From Clostridia bacterium (GTDB lineage Bacteria > Bacillota > Clostridia > UMGS1810), in assembly GCA_045644205.1 (NCBI GenBank), contig JAZRGM010000052.1, positions 19,859 to 83,858 of the forward strand: a stretch of DNA of 64,000 bases, in the 5' to 3' direction. A program made the translations under genes and the position numbers. This document shows, one piece after another, positions 63,801 to 64,000 of this stretch (position 1 is its first letter; each line of letters opens with the position of its first letter). The notes under the pieces were generated by a model that was not told the origin of the DNA, did not search any database, and was given only the letters and a program-made list of their open reading frames with translations.

Positions 63801-64000
63801 GTGAAAATACCTTGTATGACCATGTATATTCTTATGTGCCTTAAAGATATGGCAAAAGAAAGCAAAAGTCTACTATTTCTTAAAAACATTGCTTCCTTTA
63901 TAAAAAATCAGTTTCTTCATAGCCTGCTCTATGGATTTTTAAGCTGTATCATTAGGCTTATTAAGGCTTCCTATGATGCTTCCTTTTTAAAAAAATATAT
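63801..64000 (+). CDS. Partial ORF running off the window end (hypothetical)
   Basis: The frame is open from GTG 63801, after an AAAGGAGGGGG RBS, to base 64000. The ATG at 63797 gives only a 15-codon ORF. Confidence 0.35.
   Translation, partial: MKIPCMTMYILMCLKDMAKESKSLLFLKNIASFIKNQFLHSLLYGFLSCIIRLIKASYDASFLKKY

Noticed and set aside
1-64000. CRISPR arrays, tRNA or rRNA genes, and IS elements anywhere in the window.
   Set aside because: I saw no regularly spaced direct repeats, no cloverleaf-compatible sequences, no rRNA-like conserved blocks, and no transposase-like ORFs.

Overview
AT-rich window from a low-GC Gram-positive genome, probably Clostridia. This is inferred from T-box control of thrS, SLH-anchored surface proteins and the rimP-nusA-ylxR-L7Ae-infB-rbfA-nrnA-truB-ribF gene order. 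I saw no rRNA, tRNA, CRISPR array, transposase or integrase. Almost all genes are on the + strand. Layout: (1) 1-8403, a sugar-catabolic operon pair. It holds an IolB 5-deoxyglucuronate isomerase with a class II aldolase and a PfkB kinase, a NagB-type deaminase, an FGGY kinase, and a redox module made of a GlcD-like FAD oxidase, a 2x[4Fe-4S] protein and a fused EtfB-EtfA. (2) 8404-12829, a small accessory island with a group-4-like sigma factor, an orphan structured RNA of about 250 nt that has its own consensus promoter and terminator, a 377-aa protein of no recognisable family, and a Schlafen/AlbA_2-HATPase_c_4 protein. (3) 12830-23888, housekeeping genes: an aldose-epimerase-like gene, the nusA/infB operon with a leader attenuator, ribF, and a Thr T-box upstream of thrS. 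A GC-rich hairpin array is inserted between the T-box terminator and thrS. (4) 24000-45770, a large glycan-degradation locus under an AraC regulator. It encodes GH20-like, DUF4091/GH123-like and GH28-like beta-helix enzymes, a stand-alone Ntn amidotransferase domain, four very large secreted proteins of which three carry SLH anchors (one with a heparinase II/III-like lyase core and a discoidin domain), and a solute-binding lipoprotein with no adjacent permeases. (5) 45786-48255, a leader whose conserved strings match the yybP-ykoY Mn2+ riboswitch. It controls a CaCA antiporter, an orphan OadB-type Na+-decarboxylase beta subunit and an untracked 39-codon OadG-like ORF. (6) 48299-55665, housekeeping genes: a small alarmone synthetase, cysteine desulfurase-thiI, cinA-C, recA, recX, rimO, pgsA. 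(7) 55796-64000, a singleton DUF1016 PD-(D/E)xK nuclease, a phosphodiester glycosidase and an envelope-polysaccharide cluster (LbH acetyltransferase, MurJ-like flippase, acetyltransferase-GT4 fusion, DUF4330). The most promising leads for something undescribed are the orphan RNA and unknown protein in the island, the Mn2+-riboswitch regulon, and the SLH-anchored glycan locus. All family calls come from motif recognition by eye and need HMM or covariance-model confirmation.
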